A stretch of DNA of 64,000 nucleotides from Vicinamibacterales bacterium (lineage in GTDB: Bacteria; Acidobacteriota; Vicinamibacteria; Vicinamibacterales; JAMQPK01), in the NCBI GenBank assembly GCA_963782595.1, contig CAWAKJ010000005.1, forward strand, positions 729,581 through 793,580, written 5' to 3'. Under the pieces are notes generated by a model, which did no database searches, was not told the origin of the DNA, and saw only the letters and a list, made by a program, of their open reading frames with translations. This document shows positions 45,374-54,688 of this stretch, piece after piece. Position 1 is the first letter of the stretch. Each line of letters begins with the position of its first letter. Both the position numbers and the translations under genes were made by a program.

Positions 45374-45403
45374 AAACAATTCCCGAACTATGTGAAACCT
45401 TAT

Positions 45404-46012
45404 CTAGGGGTTGCTCCGCATGGCCGCCGCGGCGCGGATGATCGCGATCTCATCAGCTCTGAACGCCCAATCCGTGTCGGCGTTCTCGCGCAATTCGACG
45501 TGTGACCAGCCCGCGCGCATCAGCCCGTGATCGGCGTGGCGATTGGTGTCGAGCAGAAGGTGGCCGATCTCGTGAGCAATGGCGCGGCCGAGCAGCAGAG
45601 GGAAGTCCAGATGCGCGTCGCGCGACACCGCACGGACGAGGTCGGCGAACACGGTCGCCAGAAACGGGACGCCTTCGGTGATATTCACGAGCGCGAATCC
45701 CATGGAGACGTACCGCTTTCCCGGCAGGGGATTCGCCGCTTGCAGACGGAGGATCACCTCGCTGGCCTTCAGCGCCTGTCGGCAGCGTGGCGCTGCCTCG
45801 GGCACTTCCTGGTCGCGATTCCAGCAGTCGATCCACGATAGCTCGATGCCGGCGCGGGCGAAGACCGCATCGACGAAGGGGCGGGCGGCGGTCAGGTCGT
45901 CGCCTGAGACGCCGTAGCTGTTGTAGGTTCGAACGGTAACCGTCTGCGCCATCGACGCTGCGGGTGCCGTGCAAAGAATCGCAACCAGTGCGCCAATAGC
46001 TTTCCAGCCCAT
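45404..46012 (-). CDS. Secreted putative zinc metalloprotease (HExxH)
   Basis: SD AGGAGG lies 6 nt upstream. Signal peptide ..AASMAQ. Contains AIAHEIGHLLL plus downstream His/Asp. Family not assigned. Confidence 0.55.
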   Translation of the reverse strand: MGWKAIGALVAILCTAPAASMAQTVTVRTYNSYGVSGDDLTAARPFVDAVFARAGIELSWIDCWNRDQEVPEAAPRCRQALKASEVILRLQAANPLPGKRYVSMGFALVNITEGVPFLATVFADLVRAVSRDAHLDFPLLLGRAIAHEIGHLLLDTNRHADHGLMRAGWSHVELRENADTDWAFRADEIAIIRAAAAMRSNP

Positions 46013-46071
46013 GTTCCGCCTCCTGTTTCCTCACGCGGGAACAGGTGGCGGATTCACTCAGCGGGAACAGG

Positions 46072-46143
46072 GGAAAACCGCTCCGGGAGCCATTTTCCCG
46101 GGTGGATCTCAGAAAATGGCTCCCGGAGCGGTTTTCCGTTTTT
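46072..46143 (+). promoter_or_regulatory. 26-bp perfect hairpin + T-run in the leader region of the ECF sigma gene
   Basis: GGAAAACCGCTCCGGGAGCCATTTTC-14 nt-GAAAATGGCTCCCGGAGCGGTTTTCC followed by GTTTTTCG. It lies between divergent starts 46012 and 46186. Confidence 0.4.
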
Positions 46144-46185
46144 CGAGTGAGTGAAAACCCGGACGGATTACGCGTTAAATTAAGG

Positions 46186-46785
46186 ATGGGCGTATTCTTT
46201 CGGGAAAGAGTGGACTCATCGAGGTCGGAAGTCACACGGTTGCTCAAGGAGTGGGGCAACGGGCGCCACGACGCGCTCGACAGCCTGCTGCCTCAGATTT
46301 ACGCCGAACTGCGCAAACTGGCCTCCAGCTATCTGCGCCGCGAGCGCCCCGATCACACCCTGCAGCCGACCGCGCTCGTCCACGAAGCCTTCATCAAGCT
46401 CGTGGATCAGCGCGCGGTCCGCTGGCAGAACCGCGCCCATTTTTTCGGGATTGCGGCCCAGGCGATGCGCCGGATTCTTGTCGATCACGCGAGGGCGCAC
46501 GCGGCCGACAAACGTGGCGCCGGCGAGCGCGCTGTCTCGTTCGACGAAGCGGTGGTCCTCGTCGGCGCGCCCGATATCGATTTGCTCGCGCTCGACGAGG
46601 TGTTGACCCGGCTGGCTGCCCTCGATCCTCAGCAAAGCCGGGTTGTCGAGTTGCGCTTCTTCGGTGGACTGACCATGGAGGAGACGGCAGAGGTGATGAA
46701 CATTTCACCGGCGACGGTCGGCCGGGAATGGACGTTGGCGAAAGCGTGGTTGTACGCCGAACTGCGGCCGTCAGGGTCCGGCTAA
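46186..46785 (+). CDS. ECF sigma factor, TIGR02999 / ECF43-like (kinase-associated)
   Basis: Start at ATG 46186. Region 2: LLPQIYAELRKLASSYLRRERPDHTLQPTALVHEAF. Region 4 HTH: LTMEETAEVMNISPATVGREWTLAKAWL. Followed by a Ser/Thr kinase, as is typical for this group. Confidence 0.9.
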   Translation: MGVFFRERVDSSRSEVTRLLKEWGNGRHDALDSLLPQIYAELRKLASSYLRRERPDHTLQPTALVHEAFIKLVDQRAVRWQNRAHFFGIAAQAMRRILVDHARAHAADKRGAGERAVSFDEAVVLVGAPDIDLLALDEVLTRLAALDPQQSRVVELRFFGGLTMEETAEVMNISPATVGREWTLAKAWLYAELRPSGSG

Positions 46786-46800
46786 AGCCGGACACTACGT
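46776..46800 (-). repeat. REP family 1 copy overlapping the sigma-factor stop
   Basis: GTCCGGCTAAAGCCGGACACTACGT. The TAA stop (46783-46785) is the hairpin loop. Confidence 0.8.
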
Positions 46801-46811
46801 CCGACTACGAT

Positions 46812-49800
46812 ATGGACTACTGGCCACGCGTCAAAGAGCTCTTCCACGGCGCGCTCGAGCGCGAGCCGGCGGAGCGCGCGGCCTTTCTGAGCGCGTCGTG
46901 CGGTGACGAACCGGCCGTTCGAGCGGAGGTGGAACGCCTGCTTGCCGCGCACGCGGAGAGCGGAGCGTTCATCGAGCAGTCGCCGGTCGCGATGGCGGGC
47001 CGGATCATCGGACATTACAGAATCGAGCGGTCGGCTGGGGCCGGTGGCATGGGCGAGGTGTACGTCGCTCACGACCTCGAGCTTGGCAGGACCGTCGCCG
47101 TCAAGATTGCCCTCGGCACCGATGCCCAGGCGCAGGCGCGACTCAAGCGTGAAGCGCAGCACGCCTCGCAGTTGAACCATCCGAATATCTGCACCATCCA
47201 CGAGATCGGCTCGTTCGGCGATCAGCCGTTCATTGCGATGGAGTTCGTTGACGGCGACCGTCTGCACGATCGCATTCCGTCAACCGGTCTGCCGATCGAC
47301 CAGGTCATCCGATTCGGGACGCAGATCGCGGGCGCGCTGACACATGCGCACGAGGCTGGCGTCGTCCATCGGGATCTGAAAAGCGCCAACGTCATGGTCA
47401 CCTCGGATGGGCGCATCAAGGTGCTCGACTTCGGGCTTGCGCGGCGTCATTCGGCAGAGCATGTCAAGGATCTGTCGCTGTCGCGCGAATCGTTGAGCGG
47501 TGATGAGCCGGTTGCCGGCACACTCTCGTGCATGGCGCCCGAACTGCTGCGCGGCGGTCCGGCAGATGCGCGCAGCGACATCTGGGCGTTCGGCGTGCTC
47601 CTGTACGAAATGGCATCGGGAAAGCGCCCGTTTGCCGGCACGACCGGTTTCGAGTTGAGCGGTGCGATTCTTCACCAACCGCCGGCGCCGCTGCCAGCAC
47701 ATCTGCCGTCTTCTTTGAAAGATGTCGTCCTGTGTTGTCTGAACAAGGATCCGCGCAAGCGGTACCAGCAGTCAGAGCAGGCTCGTGCGGCTCTTGAGTC
47801 GATCGTGTTGCACGACAAGCCGTCGTGGCCCTGGCGGGCCGTTGGGGCTGCTGCCGTCGTGCTCTTGGTTGCGGCGCTCACGACGTTTGCACTCACGCGG
47901 CGCGGAGGCGATTCTGCACCGGCGCCGGCTGTGTCAGCCGCTGAAAGTCCTCGCGCGATCGCCGTGATGAATTTCGAGAATGTCGCCGGCACTCAGGACA
48001 CTGCCTGGTTGTCGAAAGGTGTGCCGCGGATGCTCGTCACCGGCCTGGCCCAGACCAGCGGCCTTCATATCGTGAGCGCGCAGCATCTGGAGGAGGCGGC
48101 GAGGAAACTGGGTGGCCCGACGATCGACGTGCTCAGTAGCGCGGAGTTTGCCGACGTGGCACGCCGGTCCGGCGCCGCCGCGGTCGTCAGCGGCACCATC
48201 ATGAAAGCGGGAGAGGAAGTGCGCGTCGACGTTCAGCTTCACGATTTGTCGACCGGTCGTGTGCTGGTCGCCGAGACCGGCCGCGGTACCGATGTGTTTG
48301 CGATCGCCGATCATCTGACGAGTCGCATCCGAATGGCCGCCGGATTTTCCGACGCCACGGGCATCCGGCGCGTCGCCGACGTCTCGTCTGCGTCGCTCGA
48401 AGCGTACCGGTTGTATTCGGAAGGCGTCGACGCGTGCCTCAATGTGCGATGGGCCGACGCGCACAAGCTGCTCGAGGCGGCGGTCGCCACTGATCCAGGT
48501 TTCGCCGATGCGTATTTGCAACTGGCTGTCGTCGCCATCTCTCGCGGATCGCAGGTCTCGCGACGAGAGTATCTGCGGAAAGCGGCACAGTATGCCGACC
48601 GCCTGAGCACTCAACAGCGTCGGTTCCTGGACCTGCAGTTGGCGCGCGGGACCGGCGAACCGGCCAAGGTCGCTCGCATGCTCGAAGCGTTCCTGACGGA
48701 TTATCCAATGGTGGAAGAGGCCTATAGCGTGGCAAACAGCCTCTACAATCCGATGCTCGGCGGCGTCTTCGATCCCGAAAAGATGGTGTCGATTGCCGAG
48801 AGAGGCGTGAAGGCGCTTCCCACGTCTGGTCCGACCCGCAATACCTATGGCTATGCGCTGATAGGTGCCGGGCGGTATGAAGACGCGCTACGCGAGTTCG
48901 AAACGTACGCGCGTCTCGCTCCGCGCGAGCCGAATCCTCACGACAGCATGGGCGAGGCATACCTGTTCCTGGGAATGCCCGGCAAGGCTGTCGAGAGTTA
49001 TGCGCGCGCACGCGCCATCGACCCGACATTCGACACGGCACGAAACGGGCACGCGCTCGGGTTGGCGATGGCCGGCCGGTTCGATGAAGCGATTGCGGTC
49101 GACCCAGGGCTACCGGCTGAAAAGCCGATCCTGCTCTCTCGCGTCGGACGCTACCGGGAAGCGGCGCAGGCGATGGCCGCGGCCGGACCGCGCTCAGCTG
49201 ACCTTGGGCTCGACTCGTTCGGGGAAGGGACGCTGCATCTGCTGGCGGCGATTCTGTCGCTGGAGCGCCACGACGCTGCGCGAGGCGCGCTCGAAGCTGC
49301 GTCTGCGGAACGCGTCTTTGCGGCCTCGGATCATCCACGAAAATCGACCTACATGGTGCTGACGCATCTCGTCGCCGGAGTGGCCGCCATCCAAAAAGGG
49401 AACATCGCTGATGCGCGTTCACGATTGGAACGGCAGAAGCAGTTCTACCGGCCCAGCTTCGATCTCGACGTCTGGCTGCACAAAGCCCTGGAGGGAGAGA
49501 TTGCGCTGGCAGCCGGCGATTCGCGACTCGCTGCGGCTGCGTTCTCACAGGGAGAACTCAGGCAAAAACGCTTTCACTTCGACCTCGTCGGTGGCACGCT
49601 CATCGCCAACCACGTGACGTCGCGCGACGGTCTCGCACGAGTCGCCCGAGCACGCGGCGATCTGGCGGGCGCCATTGCTGCATATCGACGCCTGCTGAGC
49701 ACTGGCCCCGATGCGAAGTGGATGAGTGTGCTCGAGCCGAGATACGTCCTGGAGCTTGCGCGGCTGCTGGAGCAAACAGGCGACAAGCGAAATGCCCTGG

Positions 49801-49898
49801 GGGAGTACGAACGGTTCCTGAGCCTGTGGAAGCGCGCCGATCCGGAGCTGCCGGAGTTAGATGAAGCGCGCCGCGCGGTCGCTCGGCTTCGTTCGTAG
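46812..49898 (+). CDS. Ser/Thr protein kinase with TM helix, periplasmic domain and TPR repeats
   Basis: Start at ATG 46812 (MDYWPRVKELFHGALEREPAERAAFL), the same opening as the paralog at 28994. Contains HRDLKSANVMV and DFGLAR. The upstream part of ORF 46251 overlaps the sigma gene out of frame. Confidence 0.9.
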   Translation: MDYWPRVKELFHGALEREPAERAAFLSASCGDEPAVRAEVERLLAAHAESGAFIEQSPVAMAGRIIGHYRIERSAGAGGMGEVYVAHDLELGRTVAVKIALGTDAQAQARLKREAQHASQLNHPNICTIHEIGSFGDQPFIAMEFVDGDRLHDRIPSTGLPIDQVIRFGTQIAGALTHAHEAGVVHRDLKSANVMVTSDGRIKVLDFGLARRHSAEHVKDLSLSRESLSGDEPVAGTLSCMAPELLRGGPADARSDIWAFGVLLYEMASGKRPFAGTTGFELSGAILHQPPAPLPAHLPSSLKDVVLCCLNKDPRKRYQQSEQARAALESIVLHDKPSWPWRAVGAAAVVLLVAALTTFALTRRGGDSAPAPAVSAAESPRAIAVMNFENVAGTQDTAWLSKGVPRMLVTGLAQTSGLHIVSAQHLEEAARKLGGPTIDVLSSAEFADVARRSGAAAVVSGTIMKAGEEVRVDVQLHDLSTGRVLVAETGRGTDVFAIADHLTSRIRMAAGFSDATGIRRVADVSSASLEAYRLYSEGVDACLNVRWADAHKLLEAAVATDPGFADAYLQLAVVAISRGSQVSRREYLRKAAQYADRLSTQQRRFLDLQLARGTGEPAKVARMLEAFLTDYPMVEEAYSVANSLYNPMLGGVFDPEKMVSIAERGVKALPTSGPTRNTYGYALIGAGRYEDALREFETYARLAPREPNPHDSMGEAYLFLGMPGKAVESYARARAIDPTFDTARNGHALGLAMAGRFDEAIAVDPGLPAEKPILLSRVGRYREAAQAMAAAGPRSADLGLDSFGEGTLHLLAAILSLERHDAARGALEAASAERVFAASDHPRKSTYMVLTHLVAGVAAIQKGNIADARSRLERQKQFYRPSFDLDVWLHKALEGEIALAAGDSRLAAAAFSQGELRQKRFHFDLVGGTLIANHVTSRDGLARVARARGDLAGAIAAYRRLLSTGPDAKWMSVLEPRYVLELARLLEQTGDKRNALGEYERFLSLWKRADPELPELDEARRAVARLRS

Positions 49899-50044
49899 GC
49901 GATGGCTCGATCCTCGTCGGCGGTGAGCGTACGAGAAGCGGATGACACCGTGCGTTTACCGAACGGTCCTCGAACCATGACAGACCAGCGATGGTGCCCG
50001 AAGACATCGACCTTCGACTACCCGAGGCGTATGATCAGATCAGG

Positions 50045-50842
50045 ATGATACGGCTCCTGATACTTGCCGTCGCCTTCGCGTTGATGCTGCCAGAGACGAC
50101 GTCTGCGCAGAGGACTCCGCGATCGAGGATTAGTCCGCGGACCGGACCGGTGGAAGACGCCTGGCCACGCGATCCACCACCCCGATTTACGATTCCGCCA
50201 CGCGGAACCGTCGGGTTACCGGAAATCGGCCTCCCGCTCCCTCCGATCGGATTGCAGGGGCCACTCGATCAACGCCGGCATGACGACTGGCAAAGGCGCA
50301 GAGTGATGAGGTGGCCGGGGGTCGTCTATTTGCCTCCGCCCTACTACGCCTCGCCGAATTTCGACATGCGGTTCTACTACCCGCAGTATTACGACTCACA
50401 GTATTTCGATCCGCAATATTACGAGACTCCTGTCGAACCGGCTCCGGTTGAGGCAACGGTCGTGGCGCCCGCGGCAACCGGGCGGCTCATCCTCGATCCG
50501 CAACCTGAAGGCGCACAGGTGTTCGTGGACGGCTACTACGCGGGCATTCCCGAGGATTTCAGCAGTGTGAGTGGCGGCGGCGTGCTGCAGGCTGGACAGC
50601 ACCGCATCGATATCAGTGCGCCCGGTTTTGAAGCCGTCAGTCTCGACGTGAACATTGCTCCCAGTCAGACGCTGACCTATGAAGGCACGTTGATGCCGCT
50701 TCCGAAACGGCAGGACGAGCAGCCAGGCAAGCCCACCATCTTCTACCTGATACCCGGTTGCTATATGGGGAATATCCATCCAAGGGATGTGAAGTTGCCC
50801 GCGACGTGTGATTTAAGAGCCGTGGTCGAGTTTAAGTATTAA
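50045..50842 (+). CDS. PEGA-domain protein with signal peptide
   Basis: Start at ATG 50045 (MIRLLILAVAFALMLPETTSAQ). Tyr/Pro-rich middle region. C-terminal PEGAQVFVDGYYAG..HRIDISAPGFEAV. Confidence 0.7.
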   Translation: MIRLLILAVAFALMLPETTSAQRTPRSRISPRTGPVEDAWPRDPPPRFTIPPRGTVGLPEIGLPLPPIGLQGPLDQRRHDDWQRRRVMRWPGVVYLPPPYYASPNFDMRFYYPQYYDSQYFDPQYYETPVEPAPVEATVVAPAATGRLILDPQPEGAQVFVDGYYAGIPEDFSSVSGGGVLQAGQHRIDISAPGFEAVSLDVNIAPSQTLTYEGTLMPLPKRQDEQPGKPTIFYLIPGCYMGNIHPRDVKLPATCDLRAVVEFKY

Positions 50843-50876
50843 AATCTCTAGCATTATTCGAACAGCGCTGTTCCCC

Positions 50877-53312
50877 TTGCTCGTTGGCGCAGCGGCCGCC
50901 TTCCTCCCGGTATCCGTCTATCCCCAACCATCGACAAACCCGCCTGGTGACGCGGCCTCGCACCGAGCCGTGGTCACACGCTATTGCGTCGCCTGTCACA
51001 ACGAGCGAGTGAAGACCGGCGGGTTATCGCTCGAAAAAATCGACATCGCAAACATCGGGGGCGATCCAGATCTCTGGGAGAAAGTCGTCCAGAAGCTGCA
51101 CGGCAATCTGATGCCGCCGCCTGGCCGTCCGCGACCTGACGAAGCAGCGTTCAAGGGACTGATTACGTATCTCGAGACCTCGCTCGATCGCGCCGCGGAT
51201 GCGAGTCCAAATCCGGGACGCACCGAGGCGCTCCATCGGCTGAATCGTGCGGAATATCGCAATGCGGTTCGCGATCTGCTGGCGCTCGACATCGACGTCG
51301 GATCGATGCTGCCGGCCGATGATGTGAGCTACGGGTTCGACAACATCGCGGGCGTGCAGCGGATGTCGCCAACCCTGATGGAGCGATATCTGGCGGCGGC
51401 TCAGAAGATCAGCTCGGTTGCCGTCGGGGCGTCGTCGCGCGCGGCCACCACCGAGACGTTTCTCGTTTCGCCGGACCTGCGACAGGACGACCGGCTGGAG
51501 GGCTTGCCGTTCGGCACGCGCGGTGGGACGTTGATTCGTCACCACTTTCCGCGGGATGGCATCTACAGCGTTCGGGTCCAGTTGACCAGATACCTCGGCG
51601 CCAGCTTCGACGAGATTCCTGCGTTCGACGAGCCGCAGCGGCTCGAGCTGAGCCTCGACGGCGTCCCGGTGCATGTTTTCGAGCTGAATCCGGCGACGCT
51701 GAAGGAAGGTGGTGGCTATTCAGGCCCAAACCGCCGCGCGCTCGATGCCGATTGGCAGATTCGGTTCCCGGCCAGGTCTGGCCCGCAGAACGTCGCGCTC
51801 ACGTTCCTCAACCGGACCCCGGCGCTGCTGGAGAATCTGCTCGAGCCGTTCGAGAAGCCGGCGCCAGGCGGGCCAAACGGCTACTACACGACTCAGAAAG
51901 GCGCCTATCTTCGCAGCATCGCGATCAGCGGGCCGTACGAAGCACGCGGGGTGGGCGAGACACCGAGCCGCCAGCGGATATTCGTGTGCCGTCCCAGAAG
52001 CGTCGATGCGCAACAGCAAAGTGGCTGCGCGAAGAAGATTCTGCTGACGCTGGCGCGCCGCGCGTTCAGGCGGCCGGTGGGTGAGGCCGACATCGCGACG
52101 GCGTTCTCGCTCTACGAAGAAGGACGCGCCGCGCGCGATTTCGAGCTCGGCATCGAGCGGGCCGTGGAGGGACTGCTCGTCAGCCCCGAGTTCCTCTATC
52201 GCGTTGAGCGCGAGCCAGGATTTGCCGGGTCTACAAAACAAGACCCGGCCTACGTCACTTCCAAAGGGCAAGACCCGGCCTACTATCGGATCAGCGATCT
52301 CGAGCTGGCCTCGCGGCTGTCGTTTTTCCTGTGGAGCAGCATCCCCGACGCTGCGTTGCTCGACGCTGCCGCTTCTGGAAAGCTGCGTAACCCGGCCGTG
52401 CTCGACGACCAGGTGCGACGCATGCTCGCCGACCCTCGTGCCGAGGCGCTCGTCACGAATTTCGTGGGGCAGTGGCTGTTCCTGAGAAATCTTCCGACCC
52501 TGCTGCCCGATCCCAAACGCGATCTCGACTTCGATGAAGCCCTGCGGCAGGGCTTCAGGCGCGAAACCGAGCTCTTTGCCGCCAGCATTCTGAAGGAAGA
52601 CCGCAACCTGCTGGAGCTGCTGACCGCGAACTACACGTTCGTCAACGAGCGGCTGGCGAAGCATTACGGCATTCCGCATATCCGCGGCACGCACTTTCGC
52701 CGCGTCGAGCGTACCGATGATCGCCGCCGCGGGATTTTGGGTCATGGCAGTGTGCTGGCGGTGACGTCGTACCCGCATCGCACGTCGCCGGTGCTCCGCG
52801 GCAAGTGGATTCTGGAGAATCTGCTCGGCACGCCTTTGTCGCCGCCACCCCCGGACACGCCGGCGCTCGTGGAAAAGCCGAACCCGGCCGACGAGAGCCT
52901 GTCGATGCGCGCGCGCATCGCGCAGCATCGTGCGAATCCAGCCTGCGCGAGCTGCCATGCCATGATGGATCCGCTCGGGTTGTCGCTCGAAAATTTCGAC
53001 ATGGTGGGTCGCTGGCGCGAGGTAGACGAAGGGCTTTTGGCGATCGACGCGTCAGGTGCGCTGCCCGACGGCACAAAGTTCGAGGGACCGGCAGGACTGC
53101 GCGCCGTCCTGCTGAAGAATCCCGACAGGTTCGTCAGTACCTTCACCGAGAAGATGCTGACCTATGCGCTCGGCCGTGGCCTGGAGTCGTACGACATGCC
53201 CGCAGTACGGAAAATCACGCGCGAGGCGGCGAAGCAGAACTACCGTGCTTCGTCTCTCATCGCGGGCATCGTCATGAGTCGTCCATTTCAGATGCGGAGG
53301 CGGCAGTCATGA
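50877..53312 (+). CDS. DUF1592-type multidomain haem protein (paralog of 1271-3736)
   Basis: CVACH motif. Blocks LSFFLWSSIPD, NFVGQWLFLRN and HRANPACASCHAMMDPLGLSLENFDMVG. A TTG start at 50877 leaves a weak signal peptide. The frame is open upstream with in-frame ATT/ATC codons (..IIRTALFPLLVG..). Confidence 0.85.
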   Translation: MLVGAAAAFLPVSVYPQPSTNPPGDAASHRAVVTRYCVACHNERVKTGGLSLEKIDIANIGGDPDLWEKVVQKLHGNLMPPPGRPRPDEAAFKGLITYLETSLDRAADASPNPGRTEALHRLNRAEYRNAVRDLLALDIDVGSMLPADDVSYGFDNIAGVQRMSPTLMERYLAAAQKISSVAVGASSRAATTETFLVSPDLRQDDRLEGLPFGTRGGTLIRHHFPRDGIYSVRVQLTRYLGASFDEIPAFDEPQRLELSLDGVPVHVFELNPATLKEGGGYSGPNRRALDADWQIRFPARSGPQNVALTFLNRTPALLENLLEPFEKPAPGGPNGYYTTQKGAYLRSIAISGPYEARGVGETPSRQRIFVCRPRSVDAQQQSGCAKKILLTLARRAFRRPVGEADIATAFSLYEEGRAARDFELGIERAVEGLLVSPEFLYRVEREPGFAGSTKQDPAYVTSKGQDPAYYRISDLELASRLSFFLWSSIPDAALLDAAASGKLRNPAVLDDQVRRMLADPRAEALVTNFVGQWLFLRNLPTLLPDPKRDLDFDEALRQGFRRETELFAASILKEDRNLLELLTANYTFVNERLAKHYGIPHIRGTHFRRVERTDDRRRGILGHGSVLAVTSYPHRTSPVLRGKWILENLLGTPLSPPPPDTPALVEKPNPADESLSMRARIAQHRANPACASCHAMMDPLGLSLENFDMVGRWREVDEGLLAIDASGALPDGTKFEGPAGLRAVLLKNPDRFVSTFTEKMLTYALGRGLESYDMPAVRKITREAAKQNYRASSLIAGIVMSRPFQMRRRQS

Positions 53313-54688
53313 TCATCACCAAGAGGGCACTACCACGCCGGACGTTCCTTCGAGGGGCCGGCGCCGCGTTTGCGCTGCCGCTCATCGACGCGATGGTGCC
53401 GGCGTTTTCGGCGACGCTCAGAAGCGCCGCGAATCCAGTTTGCCGGATTGGCTTCATCTACGTCCCGAACGGCGTTGCGATGAACGACAGCCTGAACTAC
53501 TGGACGCCGAAGGGCTCGGGCACCGGCTTCGAGTTTTCGCCGATTCTCGCGCCGCTCTCTCCATACCGCGACCGGCTGACCGTCGTCAGCGGGCTGGCGC
53601 AGAAGCAAGGAGAGTCTTTCGGAGACGGCAACGGCGAGCACACGCGCGCGTGCGCGACGTGGCTCGCCGGCGTGCACCCGAAAAAGACCGAAGGTGCCGA
53701 CATCAGATTGACGACCACGGCCGATCAGATCGCCGCGACGCAGCTCGGCAGAGAGACCGTGCTGCCGTCGATGGAGATGATCTCGTCCGACATCGATCTC
53801 GTGCTCGGCGGCCAGTGCGAGGCGGGGTACAGCTGCGCCTACATGAACACCGTGTCGTGGCAGTCGCCCACGACGCCCTTGCCCGTCGAGAACAACCCGA
53901 GCGTGGTGTTCGATCGGTTGTTCGGCGAGGGTGGCACACCCCAGGAGCGTCTCGATCGGATGAAGCGGAAGCGCAGCCTGCTCGACCGCGTCAACGCGGA
54001 CCTCTCGAGGCTTCAGCGCTCGCTCGGCGCGGGCGATCGCCAGAGGATCTCGGAGTACTTCGATGCGGTGCGCGAAGTCGAGCGGCGGATCCAGATGGCG
54101 GAAGAGCAGAACAGCAGTGCCGCACTGCCGGTGCCCGATCGGCCCATCGGCGTTCCCGCCGACTACGGCGAGCATTTGAAGCTGCTGTACGACTTGCAGT
54201 GGCTGGCTTACCAGGGAGATCTGACGCGGGTCTTCTCGCTCATGTACGGCCGCGAGCTCAACAGCCGCAGCTATCCGGAGATCGGCATCTCGGAACCGCA
54301 CCATGGGTTGTCGCATCACGGCGATCGGCCTGAACAGATCGAGAAGTTCTCGCGCTTGAATACCTATCAGGTCGATCTGTTCGGCTACTTCCTTGGCAAA
54401 CTCCGAGCGACGCCCGATGGCGATGGCAATCTGCTCGACCACACGATCCTTCTCTACGGCGGCGCGATGAGCAATCCGAACGTGCATCTGCACGTCAATC
54501 TGCCGCTGGTCGTCGCGGGTGGAGGAGCCGGACGGCTGAAGGGCGGGCGTCATCTCGCGTTCAATCCGGCCGACAACGTGCCGATGACGAACTTGCTGGT
54601 GAGCCTGCTCGACAAGGCCGGCGTCAAGGTCGACAAGCTTGGCGACAGCACCGGATCGATCGATCTGGATGGACTGGCGGGGATCTAG
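53309..54688 (+). CDS. DUF1552 family protein (paralog of 3815-5143)
   Basis: ATG 53309 overlaps the upstream stop (ATGA). Contains MIITKRALPRRTFLRGAGAAFALPLIDAM and the HHGLSHHG block. Confidence 0.85.
   Translation: MIITKRALPRRTFLRGAGAAFALPLIDAMVPAFSATLRSAANPVCRIGFIYVPNGVAMNDSLNYWTPKGSGTGFEFSPILAPLSPYRDRLTVVSGLAQKQGESFGDGNGEHTRACATWLAGVHPKKTEGADIRLTTTADQIAATQLGRETVLPSMEMISSDIDLVLGGQCEAGYSCAYMNTVSWQSPTTPLPVENNPSVVFDRLFGEGGTPQERLDRMKRKRSLLDRVNADLSRLQRSLGAGDRQRISEYFDAVREVERRIQMAEEQNSSAALPVPDRPIGVPADYGEHLKLLYDLQWLAYQGDLTRVFSLMYGRELNSRSYPEIGISEPHHGLSHHGDRPEQIEKFSRLNTYQVDLFGYFLGKLRATPDGDGNLLDHTILLYGGAMSNPNVHLHVNLPLVVAGGGAGRLKGGRHLAFNPADNVPMTNLLVSLLDKAGVKVDKLGDSTGSIDLDGLAGI

Noticed and set aside
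46251-46811. 5' part of the 1215-aa ORF 46251-49898
   Set aside because: It overlaps the ECF sigma gene in another frame and translates to Arg/Pro/Ala-rich noise. The kinase paralog motif MDxxxWxR(I/V)KE(V/L)FH begins at ATG 46812.
52805-53308. N-terminal extension of ORF 52805-54688
   Set aside because: It is an out-of-frame read-through of the DUF1592 gene. The paralogous DUF1552 N-terminus (MIITKRALPRR..) starts at 53309 with an ATGA overlap.
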